Shown piece by piece: positions 18,672-27,866 of a stretch of 64,000 bases of DNA. Below the pieces are notes generated by a model. It did not search any database. It was not told where the DNA came from and was given only the letters and a program-made list of their open reading frames with translations. How positions within the stretch are numbered: the stretch's first letter is position 1; the number at the start of each line of letters is the position of its first letter. Location: positions 13,540-77,539 of IMG/VR virus record IMGVR_UViG_3300042874_000422; one strand, given 5' to 3'. Position numbers and translations under genes: made by a program. Origin of the DNA: a virus.

Positions 18672-19249
18672 GGGGTGTGTCCTTCCGGGTGAGGGATCTT
18701 GAGTGTGGGGTGGATGGTAGGGGTGGGGTCTGACGTCAGGCTGGCGCGCGGTGGCCCCGTCGCGAGCGCGACCAGCGCCGCGTACAGCCGGCGGGCCGCG
18801 CGACACGCGGGGCACGCGGGGAACGTGGGGGCCGGCGTGGGGCGTGCCGCCGGGCGGGCTGCGAGCGCGGCACGGACGACCGTGCGGACAACCGTGCGCA
18901 GCGTCGCGCGGACCGTCGCCGCGACCTTGCGCGCCGTGCGGGCGAGCGCCGCTGCAGCGCGGGCACGGACGAGCGCCGCCGCCCGAGCGAACGCCCGAGC
19001 GAACACGCGGCCGATTTCGGCCAGCGCGAGCATGCCCTGGCGGGCGCGGTTGCGGGGCGTGCGGGGCAGCGCCGCCACGGGCAGCGGGAGCCCTGCTTCG
19101 ACCATGCGGAGCCGGTGCAGCGCGCGGCCCGACGCAGCGGCCAGGCGCCATGCCCGGGGCTCCGTGGCGGCGTTTTCCTCGGCGCGGATGGCTGCCGCGT
19201 ACTCGCGGGCCAGGCGCCGCAGGAGCCGGCTGTGTTGTTTCTGGGTCAT
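18635..19249 (-). CDS. Ala/Arg-rich protein, first gene of the left-arm string
   Basis: Leader motif upstream of ATG 19249; low complexity; CPAC near the end. Confidence 0.5.
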   Translation of the reverse strand: MTQKQHSRLLRRLAREYAAAIRAEENAATEPRAWRLAAASGRALHRLRMVEAGLPLPVAALPRTPRNRARQGMLALAEIGRVFARAFARAAALVRARAAAALARTARKVAATVRATLRTVVRTVVRAALAARPAARPTPAPTFPACPACRAARRLYAALVALATGPPRASLTSDPTPTIHPTLKIPHPEGHTPWPPTTPLTASA

Positions 19250-19289
19250 GGGGGTGTGTCCGTCCCGAGGGGTTGCCCCGGTGAAAACG

Positions 19290-19600
19290 GTTGTATCGCG
19301 ATGCCCAGAATGCAGATACAAGTATTTCGTAAGTGCGTGATATTTCAGGCGAAAAACAGGGTATTTTTCCTGTTCTGGGGGGTCTAAAAACGTATTACAG
19401 GGGCCCCGAAAAACGGCCGATCCCCGGGGATCTGACTCGGATCCCTATCCGAGTCGACTCGAATGAATCCAAGTAGTTAGCCCAACCCCTTCACTGAAGG
19501 CCGAAATCCGACCGGTTCCGATCGGATCCGACCCGCCGTGCGGGCCGGTTCCGAGCAGGTTCCGAGCGGGCGCGCGGGCGGGGGGCCGCAAGCTCGCAAA
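19290..19600. promoter_or_regulatory. non-coding divergence region with AT-rich tract, palindromes and short repeats
   Basis: GATCCCCGGGGATC (19419-19432), GACTCGGAT/ATCCGAGTC (19434-19455), three GGTTCCGA copies. Confidence 0.6.
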
Positions 19601-19620
19601 GCTTGAAAGGACGTCCACGA

Positions 19621-19908
19621 ATGGCAGGTCCACTGTGTTTTCGACTACCCGCTGATCTCCACGCTGCCGTCGAAGATCTCGCGCAACAGGCCGGCATCAG
19701 CACGTCGGAGTGGGTCCGTGATGTGCTGTTCCGGATCGTCTACGGCGAGCCGCCGGGGATCGATCAAGGCTACATGACCGGTCGCCAGCTGGGCTTCCGG
19801 ATGATGCAGCTCGCATTCAAAGACGCCTGGGACATGACGCCGATGACCGCCGAGGAGGCGACGGAGCGGCTCGGCGTGGGTAATCCCGGGAAAGGCTCCG
19901 GGGGCTAG
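19621..19908 (+). CDS. ribbon-helix-helix regulator
   Basis: LCFRLPADLHAAVEDLAQQAGISTSEWVRDVL; RBS GAAAGGA. Confidence 0.75.
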   Translation: MAGPLCFRLPADLHAAVEDLAQQAGISTSEWVRDVLFRIVYGEPPGIDQGYMTGRQLGFRMMQLAFKDAWDMTPMTAEEATERLGVGNPGKGSGG

Positions 19909-19910
19909 GC

Positions 19911-20297
19911 TTATGCGTTGTAGACGTCGGCTTCGCCGGGTCCGATCGCCGTCGCCGGGTTCCAGAACAGGATGTTGACGACGAGTCCGGCGAGCCCAGC
20001 GTTGTTGATCGTCACGAACACGGTGCCGGTGGCGGTGTTGAACCACGGCTCGCCGTGCGTGATCGGCGTGGTCACCCAGATGTCGGTCGGCGCCAGCGGG
20101 ATCACCATGACGCGCGACGGAGGCTCGGTGCCATCAGCGGGGGCCGCAGCACCCGCGATACCGAGGTTCGGCTCGGCGACAGAGCTGAGTGCGAAGCCTT
20201 GGTTCACCTGCGTGAGCCCGGTGTTGATGCTGTTCGCGCCTGCCGCCAGCGTGATGCGCTGACGATTCCAAAGAAGCTGCCCTGCGTTCGTGCTCAT
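19911..20297 (-). CDS. MSTNAG-family paralog 1 (putative minor virion protein)
   Basis: Clearly homologous to 20816..21196 and 37108..37476. Confidence 0.7.
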   Translation of the reverse strand: MSTNAGQLLWNRQRITLAAGANSINTGLTQVNQGFALSSVAEPNLGIAGAAAPADGTEPPSRVMVIPLAPTDIWVTTPITHGEPWFNTATGTVFVTINNAGLAGLVVNILFWNPATAIGPGEADVYNA

Positions 20298-20351
20298 GTG
20301 GCCTCCAGGTCCGAAGATACGGGAACATCGGAGACCACGTCAAACACGGAG

Positions 20352-20819
20352 CTAGCGAGCTTCGAACGCGATCGTCACACGCGGCGAGCCACCGAAGCAT
20401 GGCTCGACGTAATGCGGAACCTTCGACGGCGAGATCACGAGCAGCCCGACCTCGGGTGTGACGCGCTCGATCCGGTCGGGGAATTCGAACACCGTGTCGC
20501 CTGAGCCTGACGTCACGTAGTAGATCCCGGTCCAGTCGCCGCTGTGCTTGTGGCGCTCGTGGTGACTGCCGTTGCGATTGACGATCGCCCACGCTTGCCA
20601 CTTCTTGCGGCTGGTGTTCGCGATCTCGTCGAACGCGGCGCGCACGCGATCATGGAGCTGGCCGATCGCCGGCACGGGCCACATGAGCAAATCTTCGTCG
20701 GAGCGCCAGCCTCCCCGGTTGTAGCTCGGGTGGCTGGGCTCGTATTGAGCACGCAACAAAATCGCGTCGTACAGCTCAAGATCGAGATGCGCGGTCGCGA
20801 GACGACGGCGATAGATCAC
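20352..20819 (-). CDS. 2OG-Fe(II) oxygenase (TIGR02466-like)
   Basis: GGWRS, WAIVN..G..H..HKH...WTGIYYV, HYVEP, RVTIAF; GTG coupled to the paralog 2 stop. Confidence 0.8.
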   Translation of the reverse strand: MIYRRRLATAHLDLELYDAILLRAQYEPSHPSYNRGGWRSDEDLLMWPVPAIGQLHDRVRAAFDEIANTSRKKWQAWAIVNRNGSHHERHKHSGDWTGIYYVTSGSGDTVFEFPDRIERVTPEVGLLVISPSKVPHYVEPCFGGSPRVTIAFEAR

Positions 20820-21196
20820 GCGATCGGATGATACGTCTCGGCTTCGCCGGGGCCAATCGCCGTGTGCGGGTCCCAGAACAGGACGTTGATGGTCTCGCCA
20901 CCACCGCCGGTGAACGTGACGAACACGGTGCCGGTCGCCGTGTTCACCCACGGCTCGCTGTGGTCCACGTTGGTCCACTGCGAGAGGGGCGCCATCGGGA
21001 TCACCTGCACGCGCGAGGCGGGCAGCGTGCCGTCGCCCGGCGCCGCGATGCCCGGAATGCCGAGGTTCGGCTCGCCGACGCTGTTCGCCGCGAAGTTCTG
21101 GTTCACTTGGCGGATGCCGGTGTCGACGAGGGTGTCACCCGCTGCGAGGGTGATGCGCTGACGGTTCCAGAGAAGCTGACCTGCGTTGGTGCTCAT
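20816..21196 (-). CDS. MSTNAG-family paralog 2
   Basis: Homologous to paralogs 1 and 3. Confidence 0.7.
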   Translation of the reverse strand: MSTNAGQLLWNRQRITLAAGDTLVDTGIRQVNQNFAANSVGEPNLGIPGIAAPGDGTLPASRVQVIPMAPLSQWTNVDHSEPWVNTATGTVFVTFTGGGGETINVLFWDPHTAIGPGEAETYHPIA

Positions 21197-21246
21197 GGCC
21201 TCAGAAGATACCAGACGTGTCGGACCCTTGTGTTACGCACGTCAAC

Positions 21247-21456
21247 GTGGACGTGATTGTCAGGCCCAAAGCTCCTCCTGCGGCGCAGGTCGCCAACCCT
21301 CCAATCGCCCGAACCTTCGTGCTGATGTGCGCCGGAAAGTGCCGATCGCCGACGTCACACGGCTACGTCATTACACGTCGCGCGGGCATGATCGGCTTCG
21401 AGCACGTCTACGCTTGCTCGTGCTGTAAGACCGAACGGCGCTTCGGGCTCGTATAG
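21247..21456 (+). CDS. small zinc-ribbon protein
   Basis: CAGKC...CSCC; promoter motif at 21218. Confidence 0.55.
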   Translation: MDVIVRPKAPPAAQVANPPIARTFVLMCAGKCRSPTSHGYVITRRAGMIGFEHVYACSCCKTERRFGLV

Positions 21457-21468
21457 TAGCATCGGTGG

Positions 21469-22368
21469 ATGCAGCTCGGAATCGACTACGCATCCGTCGA
21501 CGACAACGCCCCGCCGAACTGGGCCCTCGCGAAGCAGCCGAGCGCCGACGGCTCTCGCCTGACGTTCGCGATCGTTCGCGGCGCGTACGGAAACTGGTCG
21601 GATACGACGTGCATCCGCGATTGGTCCGGGATCAAAGCCGCCGGGCTCGTGCGCGGTTCGTATCTCTACCCACGCTACAAGAACGGCCAAGGCGAGCTGA
21701 TGCCGATCATGTCGCAGGTCGCGGCGCTGCAACACGCGATCAAAGCGGGCGGCGGGCTCGACGCCTACAAGGATTTGCCGCCCGCGATCGACATCGAATC
21801 AGGTGGCAGCCCGACGTCATTTGGTTGCACCGCTGAGCAGGCGCTCGTGTGGTACCGCGAGATCTGGAACGAGATGCAGCTCGCGTTCGGTGTGCGCCCG
21901 CTCATCTACACGAGCGGTCGCGTGTGGCTGGAAGATCTCGACAACCAGATGGCGCCAGATCTTGCGACGAGCGCAGCGTGGCTCGCAAAGCCGTGGCCCT
22001 GGAAAGCCAAGACCACTGCGCATCGCGACATCACCAAGCCGTTTTCGAATGGCGCGTACGATCCGCAGGTGCCGATCCCGTGGGGCGGCGGGAACTGGTG
22101 GATTCATCAGTACCAAGGCGACGCGGTGAACTTCCCGGGCTTCACGCACACCGTCGACATCAATCGCTTCAACTTGATGCGCATCGGCGAGAAAGGCGCT
22201 CGCGTGTCGTGGGTGCAACGCCGCGTCGGTACGAAGCCTGATGGCGACTTCGGCCCGAAGACGGAGACAGCGGTCAAGACGTTCCAGAGCCAGCACAAGC
22301 TCACCGCTGATGGTGTGATCGGTCCGCTCACGTTCGCGCCACTCTGCTGGACGCCGCCGGTCTACTAG
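21469..22368 (+). CDS. endolysin: GH25 muramidase plus C-terminal peptidoglycan-binding domain
   Basis: GIDYAS, LPPAIDIE (DxE), PLIYTS, WWIHQY, VDINRF; DGDFGPKTETAVKTFQ..HKL.ADGVIGP.T. Confidence 0.9.
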   Translation: MQLGIDYASVDDNAPPNWALAKQPSADGSRLTFAIVRGAYGNWSDTTCIRDWSGIKAAGLVRGSYLYPRYKNGQGELMPIMSQVAALQHAIKAGGGLDAYKDLPPAIDIESGGSPTSFGCTAEQALVWYREIWNEMQLAFGVRPLIYTSGRVWLEDLDNQMAPDLATSAAWLAKPWPWKAKTTAHRDITKPFSNGAYDPQVPIPWGGGNWWIHQYQGDAVNFPGFTHTVDINRFNLMRIGEKGARVSWVQRRVGTKPDGDFGPKTETAVKTFQSQHKLTADGVIGPLTFAPLCWTPPVY

Positions 22369-22388
22369 CGCGTGTTACCCTTCGCGGC

Positions 22389-22763
22389 ATGAAGCTCATC
22401 GCCGCGCTCTTGCTTCTCGTGGGTCTCAACGTCGGCTGTCCGGGCACCGGCCCCGTGCCGGCCGTCACCGCGATCGTCGATTGCACGATCCAGAACAAGG
22501 ATCAGCTCGGTGCGCTCGTCGCCGAGTTTCGGACAATCCTCTCCGGGCAAGCACCGGATTGGTCGGCGGTCTACCAGCGCGCGAAGAACGCCGGCAAGGC
22601 GATCGGCGGCTGCGCGCTCGCGACGATCGTGCAGGAGTACCTCGGCAACCGCGCCGCGCCGCCCGCGCAGGCGGATGGCTGGGCCGCGTACAACACGTTG
22701 GAGCGGTTCCGTCGCGAGGAAGCCGCCAACGCGACCTTCCGGACTGCAGCCGGGGATCTCTAG
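22389..22763 (+). CDS. lipoprotein in the lysis cassette (possible spanin-like role)
   Basis: Signal peptide with lipobox LNVGC; position after the endolysin. Confidence 0.55.
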   Translation: MKLIAALLLLVGLNVGCPGTGPVPAVTAIVDCTIQNKDQLGALVAEFRTILSGQAPDWSAVYQRAKNAGKAIGGCALATIVQEYLGNRAAPPAQADGWAAYNTLERFRREEAANATFRTAAGDL

Positions 22764-23527
22764 TGGAGCACGGCAGGCTCGGGCGCTCTGCGCCCTCACG
22801 CCGCGACCTGCGCACGCTGTGGTTTTCTAGGTACGCGGCAGGGCCCGGCTTCTCGGCGCCGCCGCCGATGGACGACTGGACCGGACCGCAGACCGACTAC
22901 ACGTGGCTCGGCAACGATCGCGTCGGCTGCTGCACGCGCACCTGTTACGGCCACATCGTGCAACAACGGTGTGCGCTGATCGGCGCTCGTTGCGAGCTGA
23001 CCGCCGACGACGTCCTGAAATCGTACAAGGACGGCACGAGCTGGGACGGTGTGCCGGGATCTGCGTCCGATCGCGGAGATCAGATCCTCAACGCGCTCGT
23101 GCAGATGCGCAACGTCGGGATCGGTCCGTACAAGATCGCCGCGTTCGGCCGCGTGAACCACAACGACACGCTGGAAATGCGCGCCGCGTTGCACCTGTTC
23201 GGGTCGCTCATTGTCGGCGCGAGCTTGCCCAAGGCGATCTTCCGTCAGGGCGTCGACTGGGACGTCAGCGAGCCCGGCCACCGGCAACCGGATGAAGCGG
23301 TGGGCTCTGCCGGTGGGCACGCCTTCATCCTGACCGGTCACCAGCGCGGCCGGTGGACGGGCATGCCGTGGGTCCGCAAGGCGACGATGACGTACGCCTG
23401 GGACGATCTCTACATCGACGAGGCGTGGTTCGTGATCGACGGGCTATGGGCTCATCAGAACCGAGCGGCCCCCAACGGCTTCGACCTCGCGCGCCTCGAA
23501 GCGGAGGCTGCTGCGATCACGGCGTAG
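22763..23527 (+). CDS. papain-like (C1) cysteine peptidase
   Basis: LGNDRVGCCT (Cys), GGHAFILTG (His); the third triad residue looks divergent. Confidence 0.7.
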   Translation: MEHGRLGRSAPSRRDLRTLWFSRYAAGPGFSAPPPMDDWTGPQTDYTWLGNDRVGCCTRTCYGHIVQQRCALIGARCELTADDVLKSYKDGTSWDGVPGSASDRGDQILNALVQMRNVGIGPYKIAAFGRVNHNDTLEMRAALHLFGSLIVGASLPKAIFRQGVDWDVSEPGHRQPDEAVGSAGGHAFILTGHQRGRWTGMPWVRKATMTYAWDDLYIDEAWFVIDGLWAHQNRAAPNGFDLARLEAEAAAITA

Positions 23528-23774
23528 GCGGTGCGGGCGGGATCAGAGCAGGCGGAACTTCCGCCGGCTTGGCGGCAGCGCCCTTGGTGGCGATCAGCGC
23601 GACCGACGTCGTCACGGTCTTGCCGCCGACGAAGATGCCGAAGATCGTCATCGAGAAGTCCTGCCACTGCGTCACCGTCATCAGGCTCAGCGCCGCGAGC
23701 ACGGTCGCGGCGATGACGAGGACGATCGCGAACAGGCCACGCTCACTTGCGAACAGGTCTTTGATGGCTCCCAT
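23517..23774 (-). CDS. holin-like 2-TM protein
   Basis: Two TM helices; next to the lysis genes. Confidence 0.55.
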   Translation of the reverse strand: MGAIKDLFASERGLFAIVLVIAATVLAALSLMTVTQWQDFSMTIFGIFVGGKTVTTSVALIATKGAAAKPAEVPPALIPPAPPTP

Positions 23775-23783
23775 CCGTCCACA

Positions 23784-23820
23784 CTATCACGAGGGTTCGC
23801 TGACACGCCCTCGTGATAGG
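23784..23820. promoter_or_regulatory. back-to-back divergent extended -10 promoters forming an inverted repeat
   Basis: CTATCACGAGGG...CCCTCGTGATAG; each TGnTAnnnT lies 6 nt before an ATG. Confidence 0.65.
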
Positions 23821-23828
23821 GTCAGGCC

Positions 23829-24398
23829 ATGGCCGAGGATCGGCGGTACGAAGGGTTCAGCTTGCTTGCCGGATTCGTGATCGGCTCGCTCACGATCGGT
23901 TTGCTGGCGTACCTCCTCGCCAAAACCTTCGCGGCTCTGCGCGGTACATCCGGTGGTCAACTCGGTAACGGTAGCCCGCCAATCAACATCTACAACAATC
24001 ACGGTCACGTGTTACCGCAGCCTGTTCCGACGACGGAGTGGGGCACGCGCGATCGGACCGACGCGATGGCGCTGCCCGATGGCATCTCGCTCGCGTCGAA
24101 GATGGAGACGTACACGCTGAGCCCGTTGCGATCGGCGCGGGTGTTCACCGCACCACGCAAGGGTCCGATGTGGCGCGTCCGCATTCAAGTGGTCGGCCCG
24201 GCTGGCGGCTTCGGTGTGTTCGCGATCGATTCGCCGATCTCGGACACCACACCGATCGGCTCGCCACAGGGCATCGTCGTACCGTCGAACGGCTTCAGCG
24301 AGATTCGCCTTGGGCCTCGTCAGATCCTCTACGGTCGCGCCGCCGGTACCGAGGAAGACGTACAGGTGAGCATCACGGCGTCGGCTGAGATCGTCTAG
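23829..24398 (+). CDS. TM-anchored beta-rich virion protein
   Basis: N-terminal TM; C-terminus (IVVP......IRLGPRQILYG) resembles 38601..38924. Confidence 0.55.
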   Translation: MAEDRRYEGFSLLAGFVIGSLTIGLLAYLLAKTFAALRGTSGGQLGNGSPPINIYNNHGHVLPQPVPTTEWGTRDRTDAMALPDGISLASKMETYTLSPLRSARVFTAPRKGPMWRVRIQVVGPAGGFGVFAIDSPISDTTPIGSPQGIVVPSNGFSEIRLGPRQILYGRAAGTEEDVQVSITASAEIV

Positions 24399-24400
24399 CA

Positions 24401-24802
24401 ATGGCGAAGAAAGGCCCCATCACTGGGGCGGCGGTTCGCGACGACCCGCCGGACCTCGATGATTGGGGGCTTGTCGTACGCCCGATCTTCGCCGGTCCGG
24501 TCATCGTCATCGCGACGATCGCGGGTCCTACCGTCGGCGTCACGACGACGATCGCAGCGTCTGTGGTGCCAGCGGTGTATCTTGCCGTGAACGCTGCGCG
24601 ACTCGGCGCGACGATCAACAACGACTCGGCAGGCCGCTTTCTCTACATCAAGCTCGGCGCGGGCGTGAGCGGTGTCAGCTACTCGGTTCGTCTGGGGCCA
24701 CACAGCTATTACGAGCTGCCGTTCCCCGCGTACACGGGCGTGATCGAAGGTGTCTGGACCGCAGGCGTCGGCGGCTTCGCGACCGTGACCGAATTGACGT
24801 AG
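24401..24802 (+). CDS. beta-rich putative vertex/spike protein (paralog of 26076..26627)
   Basis: Shared RLGA...Y.KL...SVRL...SYYELPFP.YTGVIEG...TELT. Confidence 0.65.
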   Translation: MAKKGPITGAAVRDDPPDLDDWGLVVRPIFAGPVIVIATIAGPTVGVTTTIAASVVPAVYLAVNAARLGATINNDSAGRFLYIKLGAGVSGVSYSVRLGPHSYYELPFPAYTGVIEGVWTAGVGGFATVTELT

Positions 24803-24811
24803 GATGGGCGC

Positions 24812-25087
24812 ATGCCCGCTCAAGCGTTGATTCGTAACCTGAACCGTCAGCAGGTCGAAAAGGCCATCGCCGACTCCAAGCAGAAACTGTCGATTCATGA
24901 CAGCAACGGGCAGATGCTCGTTGTCGTCGACGGATCGGCCGAAGGCACGGACCCGGTCGCGCTCAAGGCGTTGCAGGGCATCGCGGACGCCGACTCCGCG
25001 ATCACGCTGAAGAACCAGGCTGACGCGAAAACGAAGGCAAAGACAGAAGCCGATGCTGCGAAGGCGAAAGCAGCGGCGAAGCCCTAA
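24812..25087 (+). CDS. hypothetical protein with Ala/Lys-rich tail
   Basis: TAGGAT 6 nt before the ATG. Confidence 0.55.
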   Translation: MPAQALIRNLNRQQVEKAIADSKQKLSIHDSNGQMLVVVDGSAEGTDPVALKALQGIADADSAITLKNQADAKTKAKTEADAAKAKAAAKP

Positions 25088-25989
25088 CGACGCTTCGCCT
25101 TCGTCACCGAGCGCACGGGCTTACCCTTGCGCTTGGCTGCCGCGACTTTCTTGATGAGGCTCGACGGGTTCTCAGGCAGCGGCGCGGGCGGCGGTGGCGG
25201 ATTCGCATTGTACCGTGCGAGTGCGATGATCTGCTGCACCGTCACGATCAGCGGCTTGGGTGGGTGCTCAGCGTCGTACCAGTCCACGCTCTCCCACATC
25301 GGATCGAGCGGTACCGGCACGCCCTCGATGTACTGCACCGACATCACCAGCGAGATGAAATGCTGTCCGGCTTTCTCGACGAACGTCGAGACGTAAGGTG
25401 CGTGCTTGGACACTGAGACCGCGCCGACGTCGAGGCCGGTCGAGATCTTCACCGCGCGGCGGATCGCACTCTCGTTCGACTCGCCGACTTCTAGCTCGCC
25501 TTCGGGGAGCACGTAGTGCCCACTCTTCTTGAGCTTGCCGAGGAGGACTTTGCCTTGGTGCAAAATCAGCGCGGCGACCGCGACGCGGACGACGGGCTTG
25601 TCGGTCGCATCGATCTCGCCGATCTTGTAGTGCGGCGAGACAGCGCCCGGATCAGCGGGATCCGTCGGCCACTTTGTGATGGAGTAGTGCTCGGCGTCTG
25701 AGCGATAGAAAAACGTCGCGACCGGCTCCTGGCTCTCGGGCGGTGAAAACACACCGTGAACGCGGCGACCGCCGATTGCCAGCTCGGGCGGTTTCGAGCC
25801 TATCGTGATGTAGACAGGCTTTCCATCCCCGCCTTTGCCGAGCACGAGCAGCGCGTCATCGCCTAGTTCTGCGCGGCGTTGCGCATAGGCTTCCGACAGC
25901 ATGTTGATCGCGAGCGATGGTAGTTTTTCCTGGGCGATTCGCTCAGGTGTGTCGACAGCGTGCGGGCTGATGCGAATGATCGTCTTCAC
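25084..25989 (-). CDS. Nudix-fold protein with a degenerate Nudix box
   Basis: VRVAVAALI...GKVLLG...LPEGELEVGESNESAIRRAVKISTGL; start placed from the promoter motif at 26012. Confidence 0.7.
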   Translation of the reverse strand: MKTIIRISPHAVDTPERIAQEKLPSLAINMLSEAYAQRRAELGDDALLVLGKGGDGKPVYITIGSKPPELAIGGRRVHGVFSPPESQEPVATFFYRSDAEHYSITKWPTDPADPGAVSPHYKIGEIDATDKPVVRVAVAALILHQGKVLLGKLKKSGHYVLPEGELEVGESNESAIRRAVKISTGLDVGAVSVSKHAPYVSTFVEKAGQHFISLVMSVQYIEGVPVPLDPMWESVDWYDAEHPPKPLIVTVQQIIALARYNANPPPPPAPLPENPSSLIKKVAAAKRKGKPVRSVTKAKRR

Positions 25990-26075
25990 CGGTCGGCACG
26001 CTAACACGCACGTCCGACAGCGGTTGGAGTAGACTCGGTGGGACGATCGCAGTTCGCGGTCGCTAGGGAGCACAG

Positions 26076-26627
26076 ATGTCGCTGACGAACGCCTACACGG
26101 TCCTCTACGATTCTGCTGACGTCGAAGTCGGTACCGCCACCAACCCGCTCCGCGTGGATCCCACCGGTACGACGCCGCAGCCGGTCACCGGTACGGTCAC
26201 GGCGAATCAAGGCACAGCGGCAGTCGTCGCGAGCGCGTGGCCGATCCTCGTCACCGACGGCGTTGATACCGCTGAGATCGTGAACGCCGCACCGGGCGCG
26301 GGCGCGTTCGGTCTCGTCGTTCGTATCGCAGGCACCATCTCGACCACGATCGCGCAGCCAGCCACGTCGACCGTCACTTCGGTTGTTGTGGCAGTTGCGA
26401 CGACGGTGATCCTCGCTGCCAACGCGAACCGCCTGGGCGCGATGCTCTACAACGTCGACGGCACGACGTACGTCAAGCTCGCGACCGCCGCATCAAACAC
26501 GAGTTTTACGGTTCGCCTCACGGCCAACTCGTACTACGAGCTGCCGTTCCCGGTGTACACGGGCGTGATCGAGGGTTCGGCCGGCGCGGGCACCAACACC
26601 GTTCTCGCCACCGAGCTGACGCCGTAA
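26076..26627 (+). CDS. putative vertex/spike protein
   Basis: GTATNPLRVD, QPVTGTVTANQG and a C-terminal domain shared with 24401..24802. Confidence 0.65.
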   Translation: MSLTNAYTVLYDSADVEVGTATNPLRVDPTGTTPQPVTGTVTANQGTAAVVASAWPILVTDGVDTAEIVNAAPGAGAFGLVVRIAGTISTTIAQPATSTVTSVVVAVATTVILAANANRLGAMLYNVDGTTYVKLATAASNTSFTVRLTANSYYELPFPVYTGVIEGSAGAGTNTVLATELTP

Positions 26628-26641
26628 GCTAAGCTCGGCGC

Positions 26642-27865
26642 GTGCCGGTCGACCTCAACGAAGAACATGTACTGCTCTTCGACTCCGCTGGAGTCGAGAT
26701 GGCAGTACAGAACGGCGTTGCGATCCCGGTCAGCACGCGCGGGTATCTAGCGGCGGGATCCGACGGCGCCAACGCGCGCTTTCTGATCACGGACACGACC
26801 GGTCGGCAGATCGCCGTCGGCGCCGCAGCAGCGGGTGCCGCTCCGACGGGCAACCCGCTGCTGGTCTCCGGATCCGACGGCGCCGCTGTTCGTGCGCTGC
26901 TGACTGACGTCGGCGGGCGCCAGATCGCCGTCGGTGCCGCTGCTGCGGCGGCGGCGCCCATCGGCAACCCCGTGCTTGTCGGCGGCTCCGACGGTGTGGC
27001 GGTGCGCACGCGACTGCTCGACACGTCGGGGCGTGGCATCGCCGTCGGTGCCGGCGCAACGGGTGCAGCGGTGACGGGCAACCCCGTCTTGATGGCCGGC
27101 AGCGACGGCGCGAACGCGCGCACGTTGCTCACCGACGCGTTCGGGCGGCTGGCTATTACAACAACGGCTGGGACACCGGACAGCATCATGGGCGAAGTCA
27201 GTACCAACGCGCAGACGCGCACCGCGATCAACGCGACCGTGTACACAAACCAGAGCACGAACGCACAGCGGTCGGTATCGAGCACGAGTGCAAACGACAC
27301 CGCAGCAGGTACAGGCGCACGGACGATTCGGATCACGTACTACTCGATCGCGGCCGGTGTCGTTACGGGACCGTTCACCGAGACGATCACGATGAACGGC
27401 GTCGCCGCCGTGAACACAGTCTCAACGACGATCGCGTTCGTCGAGAAGATCGAGGTCATGACTGCCGGCTCGGGCGGCGTCCCGGCCGGCGTGATTTCAA
27501 TCTTCGTCACAACCGGTGGCGGCGGTGGTGCGTTCGGGACGCTGGGCTCTGGTAGTAACGTCACGCGATGGTCACAGCACTGGGTTCCGTCGGGCAAGAC
27601 CTGTTCGATCTACAGCGTGTACACCCAGAATACGGCGGCGTCGGGCAACAACCCTCGAATTACCATCGACGTGTTCGATGTCGCGACAGTAAACGCCGCC
27701 GAACGTACGATCGCAACGTACCGCATCGATGGCCGAACCAACATGGCGCTCGGCGCAACCACGCCCATCAACGTCGTCGGTCCAGCGCGTATCCGTGCGT
27801 ATGTGACACCTGCGAACAACCCCGTGCAGATCACGACCTTCGAGGCGCGGTACATCGAGGCCTGA
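26642..27865 (+). CDS. putative fibre/receptor-binding protein with tandem repeats of about 38 aa
   Basis: GSDG.....L.TD..GR.IAVGA.A.GA...GNP three times plus a partial copy, then a head domain shared with the next two genes. Confidence 0.7.
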   Translation: MPVDLNEEHVLLFDSAGVEMAVQNGVAIPVSTRGYLAAGSDGANARFLITDTTGRQIAVGAAAAGAAPTGNPLLVSGSDGAAVRALLTDVGGRQIAVGAAAAAAAPIGNPVLVGGSDGVAVRTRLLDTSGRGIAVGAGATGAAVTGNPVLMAGSDGANARTLLTDAFGRLAITTTAGTPDSIMGEVSTNAQTRTAINATVYTNQSTNAQRSVSSTSANDTAAGTGARTIRITYYSIAAGVVTGPFTETITMNGVAAVNTVSTTIAFVEKIEVMTAGSGGVPAGVISIFVTTGGGGGAFGTLGSGSNVTRWSQHWVPSGKTCSIYSVYTQNTAASGNNPRITIDVFDVATVNAAERTIATYRIDGRTNMALGATTPINVVGPARIRAYVTPANNPVQITTFEARYIEA

Positions 27866-27866
27866 C

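Larger units (their letters stand above)
10538..19262 (-). promoter_or_regulatory. dispersed start-associated motif (A)AGGACACACCCC-ATG, 8 copies
   Basis: Just upstream of starts at 10540, 12747, 14646, 15600, 15914, 16804, 18671 and 19249; five exact, three variant. Confidence 0.85.

Noticed and set aside
10538-19262. CRISPR array or integron attC sites suggested by the repeated leader motif
   Set aside because: Copies are short, irregularly spaced by whole genes, tied to start codons and lack attC-like palindromes.
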